Source: Macrostomum lignano (lineage: Eukaryota). From it: a stretch of DNA of 64,000 nucleotides. The translations under genes and the position numbers were made by a program. How positions within the stretch are numbered: the stretch's first letter is position 1; each line of letters opens with the position of its first letter. Shown piece by piece: positions 57,336 to 64,000 of this stretch. Location of the stretch: NCBI GenBank assembly GCA_002269645.1, contig NIVC01000184.1, forward strand, positions 310,001 through 374,000. Reading direction: 5' to 3'. The notes below the pieces were generated by a model, which ran no database searches, was not told where the DNA came from, and saw nothing but the letters and a program-made list of their open reading frames with translations.

Positions 57336-58235
57336 AAAAATTGAGTTTTCCTTTTAATGCTTTTCAGTATAATACAGCTCTCTTTATTACTCGCACTGCA
57401 CTTGTAGCATTTATTCTTTTTTGACATACTTTCATGCACTTAGTCTATGCACAAATTTGCCAACTTTATACATTTAAGAAATTGTTTATAGTACTCTTAG
57501 CAATCTATGTGTGATCTTCCAGTTTTATTACAAATTTGCCTTTATAGCCATACAAATTTTGTTTGATATATGCATCTAATACCTTGCAATTTATTATCTG
57601 TGAATTTTGATCTAATACTTTGCAATTTACTCACTCAAATTTTTTTTCAATCAATTTTTATTATTCATATATTGCCTATAGGGAAGGCAGGTTGAGAAAG
57701 GGCTTTTGTAATGCAGTATAAATGTTTTAAAAACTTTTCATTTCTACATTTTGTTTTTTAGAAAACTCTAGTTCAAATCCGCGCTAAAAATGAATCTTTT
57801 TGTTTAAATGTTATAAGTTACAAATATATTTTTTGCAATTATTATTTGTTTGAAATGATGAAAAGCTTTGGTATAAATAGAAGCCCCGAGCGGGCCATGA
57901 GAAACAGCTTGACTCACTGCAAGCTTCCAATTGCGAGCAAAATTTAACAAGTCTTTACTAAACAGTTCTTCAAATTGACTTATTCATTTCCTAGAGTATT
58001 AAGCCCCTCATTGGGAGTATCAGAAACTGTAGAAAGCAAGAATCACCTTAGAGCAGTAATTGTAAATTTGCCTCAGGGCAAAAGAACCGCTTAAAGCTGG
58101 AGAATTCACCTCAGGGCAGGGAAAATGGGTAAAGCTGTGACCCTCTGATCCCGGGAATACCAGGACTGAGAGACTAAGAATTAGACAATGCTAATAGACT
58201 GCTCAGGCTAAAAGTACAGCAGTACGTGTATAGAT

Positions 58236-58316
58236 GCTACCAATAGAAGTAGATAAGTAGACGCTACCAATAGAAGTAGATAAGTAGACGCTACCAATAG
58301 AAGTAGATAAGTAGAC
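58236..58316. repeat. 3 x 27-bp tandem repeat
   Basis: Unit GCTACCAATAGAAGTAGATAAGTAGAC. Confidence 0.9.
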
Positions 58317-59811
58317 ACTACTAGTGATAATAGTACATACATGCAAAGGTATATTAAGTAGAGAGACAGAAGTTTAGCCCTGTAACAGCTTGGTAGCAGC
58401 AAGTAAGATTAACAAAAGAATAATTAAAAGCCCTGGGACAGCTTTTGGTGGCATAGTGAAATTATTATTAGAGACAAAAGTAACCCCTAGGACAACTTTG
58501 GTTACAGCGGTGGGATTTCATATCGTATAGGGAATACCCCTACAACAACTTTGGTGCCTGTGGTAGGATAATTTCTAGAAAGAGCTGAAAGGCCTGTTAC
58601 AATATAAACATATCAATCAACTCAATAAAAGCACAGCTTAGATAATAAGTGATGCTGTTTTTAAATAGAACTTTTTGTATGTTTATAAAAAATTATGAAC
58701 CTTAGCAAATTTAGTAAAGTGAACTCTTAGTAGAGGAAAGTGCATTCTTTAGTAAAGTAAAAAATGCACTTTAGTAAACTGAACACATTTGCAATCCTAT
58801 ACTTTCTTTGACTTGTCATTGAGTTGTACAATAACTGCAATTGTTTAATATTATGTTAGATATAATATTTTTATGTTTTAAGTATCACTTTGGTTCAGCT
58901 AATAATCAACACTAATGCAAGTAACTACAACTACAACTACAATTATCACAGGTAACACTATTAACAGGTTCTTTGTTTAACTTAGAAAATTAAAATTAAA
59001 AAAAATTCATATATGGAAAAAGTAAATACAATTTAAATACAACTACCATGGTATATATTTTTAGAATATTAAGTATATTTAGATTATACTCTTATGTCTA
59101 CCTACCTACTAATTTTTTTAGTTTAAACATTTTTCTCCCACAGCTATTCTGTATGTGGCTTGATGTCTCTTTACAAAATTCTGTCTACCTAGAAAGGCAA
59201 AAAAGTATTCATTGATCTGGACAGCCAAAATTTTGATGAATTTATTGCTGCTGAATGTCAAGCTCTCTATATTACAATGCCAATCATCACTACAGAAGAC
59301 AATGTTGAAATCACAAGTGAAAAGACCTGGACAACTCTGTTTGCTGCCAACCTAGAACAAATTTTTGTCTTCCATAAGAATGATAAGTCTACCATCTCAA
59401 AGCCAACCACTGAAGACAAAGTTGATGGCTCAGCTGTCACAGTGTCACCATGGGCCAAAATCCAAAGCCACATGCAATACCTATAAGTATAACCAACAAG
59501 CTGCCAGAATATCTTGCTGACATTATTGGTAGGATAAATTCAGTGCATAGCAAGGAGGCTGCTGCTGCTTTGAAGATGGACTAGTCTTTTGTTAATGTCA
59601 TGCTAAGCTTAACCCTCATCATTAGATTTTTTGTAATTGCTAGGAGCCTATTGAATTGATTGATCAGATTCTTAAAAAACAGTTTATTTATTACAGAGAG
59701 CTTGCATATATGGCAGCTGTCTACTTGGTACTTTAATTGCATATATGGCAGCCATCTACCCAGTATTTTAATTGCACTGCATGCCAGCTAGGAGATAGGC
59801 AATATAGCAAA

Positions 59812-60421
59812 GGTCTGCAGTCATTTCGTCTGCCGCCTTTTTGTCTGCCAAAGAATTTTAGCAGACGAAATGACTTTTTTATTTATGTTTATTTTGGTTC
59901 ACTTATTTAGTATTTTTTATTAGTATAAGCAAGTTTTAAGTATGTTTTCTTATTTATATTGATACATTTTGTTTTTCTTTATTTTCTACGAAACCTAACT
60001 AACCTATATAATACTTTCGACGCATCGATGCGAAGTTATTTTCTGAGAAAGTGGAAAAAAAGTGATCTAATGATAATTTTTTTCCATTTAAGCTACTTGT
60101 ATTTGTGAATAAATTGCATATGAGTTTACATACACGAAAAAAAAGAAAGTTGGAAGGAAACTGAATGGTTGGAGATATTTGCTTCTGGCTTTGTGTATTT
60201 ATATGCAACATATTAGCTCCGGAACTTTCAGAAAAATCCTAGCATTATAATAAATTATAATTAATAAGACATTTACATTACACTTCCATGCAAAGCTTAA
60301 TGACATAATTAGTTATTCCGATTTATATATTATATATATTGGCAGACGAAATGACTATATTGTATATTGGCAGACGAAAAGGCGGCAGACGAAAAGGCGG
60401 CAGACGAAATGACCGTCAACC
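59812..60421. mobile_element. Non-autonomous TIR element with an 8-bp TSD (MULE/Merlin-like)
   Basis: TIR GGT...GTCATTTCGTCTGCC; TSD ATAGCAAA at 59804-11 and 60422-29; subterminal GGCAGACGAAA repeats. Confidence 0.8.
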
Positions 60422-62269
60422 ATAGCAAATTGGACCATTTCTTTCTAATCTATGCTGTTACTAACTAAATCTTATTTATTAATTTGTATTGCTTGTTTTA
60501 TCCCACATACAATGTAATCTAAAGAGATCACTATTTTTGTTAATTTGAATATTAATTCCCAATAATTCAAATAGTATATGACATATTATTTACGAGATAC
60601 AATGGCTGTACATGCAATTAAAACACTGGGTAGATGGCTGCAATACACGCAAGCTCTATATATTTATTAAATTAAATATTATAATAATTTTAAATAAAAT
60701 TCTTTAATCCTAGGCCTATTATATAAAGTTTTAACTAGGGCCTAATCTACTTTTTGTAAATGCTGCTTAGGCCCCTATTTAAATTGGATTAGGCTTAAAT
60801 ACAATCAATAAGCACCTTTCAAAAATTCCAATATTCGATTAGGCCTACATTTTTCCAAAATGGTTATTAATGCATTGTTTTCCAAAGTGGTGTGACGCAA
60901 CCCTTCTTTGTTCGGTGCTGACGGCTATGCACAATCAAAAATAAATTGAGTCTTCGTAGCAAGAGAGTCTTATATTTGAACTTTGACTGATTGTATTTAA
61001 TAGTTTTTTTATTTTAACAGACAGGATTTAAACTATTGCCGTTAAATTATTGGTAGAAAGTTATAGCGAACAGACACCACGCGGCGGACCAACCAAAAAA
61101 CAAGCACAAGACCAACGAAAGTAGAGCGCAATTGCGGCGCAAAATCGCGATTTAACCGTATTTTAAATAATACAATACTCGTATTTCTATGAAGGACACA
61201 GTAAAACAAATTTTAAGCGTACAATATTGAATACTTGAAAATTCGCTAATAAATAGTAGATTTATTAAATCTACTAAATGATTATAATACTAAAGAAACA
61301 TTAATAATGTAAAATTATTTTTAAAAATTAAATATCAACATCGTTACAGTGGACTTTCCTTAATTTTTTGCAAGTGCCAATGAATGGTTTTTGCTAAAAA
61401 TTCCTTTGCCTTTGCCTTTGTCAGAGTGCAACAGACTGAGGAGAGCCTAGGCTAGCCTGCCCTAACCCCTACCGAAGAAGTATAGGCCCTAGGCTGTATA
61501 GATAAGCTGGCAATTTTCTTCTTTCATCTGTTAATTAATTAATTTTTTGTTTGAACACAAATAGTATACTAACTTTAAACGACAAAAAAACAATAACAGT
61601 ATGTTGTGGAAACCTTTGTAACATTTAGAAAAGCATGAAATTGAAATTGCGCCAAGGCGTGTAAGAAAGTGAAGCAACAACTGTCTTTTAGCAATTGTCC
61701 ACAATTAAAACTATAGGGATATCACTAGAAAACTAGAAAGGGGGTACAAAGAAAATAATTTACAAGACGTCTTAAGTTTTTAGTCAGCTACTGCTCAAAA
61801 ACATACAATTATATTCAACGACATGGCTGGTCGCCCTGCAGCACTACATTTATAGTACCCCCTGCCTGCCCCTTGGGAAAGTGTGTCCCGCACTGGAGCT
61901 GTGCAACATTAGTTCCACAATGCGGGAGCTCGCCACTATCACAACAACACCTCGAGACATTATCAACTGGATGGCAACATACAAGTCAAGTATGAGTTTT
62001 TGACTTTTGAACTTCATCATGTTTTCTAGTGATATTTTCTAGTGAAAATTACTTTAACGAACGAAAGAGGAAAATTGCCGATAAGCCTATAAAGCTAAAG
62101 CCTAAAGGCTATAGCGGAGTATAGGACATGATTATTATCCTAAGCTGTGAGGCTAAATAAATTCTAAATTAAAAATAAAAAAACGCAATAGACAAAGATG
62201 ACATTAATTAGGACTAAGTAGTCACTGTACTACTACTACTACTACTAGCTAGTGCTGGCGCTAGTTTAC

Positions 62270-63067
62270 GGCTACGGGACGTTTCGGTGAACAGACGTTA
62301 GGTTAAAGGATCATTTTCGGTTAAAAATCCAAAAAAAAGTTTATAAATAATAAATAATAAAACATTGTGCTACAAGTCAAATGCTACTTTTTAGCACAAA
62401 ATTCACCATTAAGCTGTAAAGAAAAGCTTATTTGTTATAGTGCCGTTAACTAAAAAAGTAACGTCCTTTACTGCTATATGTTAGCGTGAGGTCCCCCGTG
62501 CAGCAATCCGACATTTGGCGACGTCGCTAAACGTTTCCGACACTTATAGAAATCTGCAAGTATGACAGACATGCACTTTTACATAAAACTGACGTTTAAC
62601 CGACGTATGACGTCGCGATGTAATGTAAATTGAAAAGTATGTGTACATTATGTTGTCAGACGTCGATTTCTTCAACAGCCACCCCAGATTGATGTACGGG
62701 TGGCTGTTATGTTATTTTGGATCTTATAAATATAAGCTCTGCTTCTCACCATTGCGTGAGTGAATAGTTATAGTACTCCAAGGCATTTTGACAAATATAT
62801 GCACATGTACAGTGTACGTACATGTAGATGCATGCACGCAATTGAGCTCGATATCTTGCAGCTGCTCATAAATTGATGAACGAAAATTTCCGTCGAGTAT
62901 AACGCAATCATATGAATCTTTATTTTTTCTGTGGCCATTTTTGTTTTCTATACTTTTTCTCGATGGTTATTTTTTCGAAACTTTATCCGTTTAATTTCCT
63001 ACCTTTATCCGAAACAACCAGTTTTTTCGATAATATTACTACTATATAACCGAAACGTCCCGTTGCC
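62270..63067. mobile_element. MULE/MuDR-like non-autonomous element
   Basis: TIR GGC(T/A)ACGGGACGTTTCGGT; 9-bp TSD CTAGTTTAC at 62261-69 and 63068-76. Confidence 0.88.
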
Positions 63068-64000
63068 CTAGTTTACTAGTTAGCTTTAGCTAGTCAAATA
63101 TTTTGGATGTACATGTACGAGCTAGATTAATGAGTTGCGATAAGCTGCCCTCGATCTAGAGGCCAGTTGAATTTAACGTGCGCATCTGTAGTTATGCCAC
63201 TACTTCTATAGTTGTGGGCTATAATTATCCTAGACTACATGATTACCAGTAGTAGATTCTAGAGGTCTTAGGGGGTACACGACTTTTTACACGTCAAAAA
63301 ACGCGGCCACACGCGGAACAGCCACACACCGAAAAACCACGTTAAACAATTATTTGATCTAAATCAGTTGTGTAAGCGTGTAATTAAAGTGACTGTACGA
63401 GGCCAAAACCTTAGCTATGCAATCCGCTAGCTCCCTACTTTAAAAATCCTGGATCAGCCACTGCCTCCAGATGTCGAGGAGTGCAGATTGTGATGAGGAC
63501 GCACTTTTTCCCAAATTCCACGCTAGCACATGCGCTCTAAACTTGCTAGCCTACTAACAGCAGGCTAGCAAGCTTTTTTTTGTTTTCGTAATTTTTCTAG
63601 AATTCATACTAGTAGGACTTTTGTAGCTTTATGAATCTGCCATACTTGTAGTTATAAAAACATGGGCGCGGTTTTTTGCGGCTTTCGGGTCATAAATTAT
63701 TGCTTTTGAGCTGGTCTGACAGCCACCTGCGCCTCACTCAATGCTGAGGCTGGCGCCATGCAGATGGTCTGAGGGGATGCGGGCGGTAGCTTTTTTCTCA
63801 TCATTTATGACAGGCCATCAGATTTATGAGGTCAGGGCCTATTGTTCGTGTTCACTCAAGCGTTCATTGACAGTTCTGACAGCTATGCGTTTTACCCCTA
63901 AAAGTACTTTGGGATTAGTGAATTCTCTTCATCATCTTCACTTTCTACTTAATAAAACCTTTCTAACGTATTTTTTTCATAATTTTTGTAATTCCTACGC

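Overview
Eukaryotic (animal) genomic DNA. GC-rich exons, short GT-AG introns and the TE content suggest a free-living flatworm such as Macrostomum, but this is inference and is not provable from the window. The host genes form a minus-strand chain of four: a divergent FHA/coiled-coil/PH-like gene (48400-52175), two tandem six-exon dipeptidyl peptidase III genes (DPP3-B 18581-44704, with a 1-bp frameshift and TE-expanded introns; DPP3-A 10729-17898, intact), and a C2-domain-like gene (8090-10328). The rest is dominated by nested mobile elements: a very young Mag-type Ty3/Gypsy element, a gag-protease-only LTR family, two Crypton-like (DUF3504-type) remnants, a TRT-like DD37E Tc1 element, IS630-like elements, Harbinger, CMC/EnSpm, MULE-like MITEs, two tRNA-derived SINE families and several tandem arrays. 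Three observations stand out. (1) A decayed, spliced, antisense gene in DPP3-B intron 2 joins a C2H2 finger, a tyrosine recombinase, a KRRR-rich 20-aa repeat and a PWWP chromatin-reader domain. (2) The DPP3 paralogs are near-identical except for four sharply divergent patches around the substrate pocket. (3) Both DPP3 copies carry an ATG-less, mitochondrial-presequence-like extension behind a phase-0 acceptor, which would fit a spliced-leader-donated AUG.
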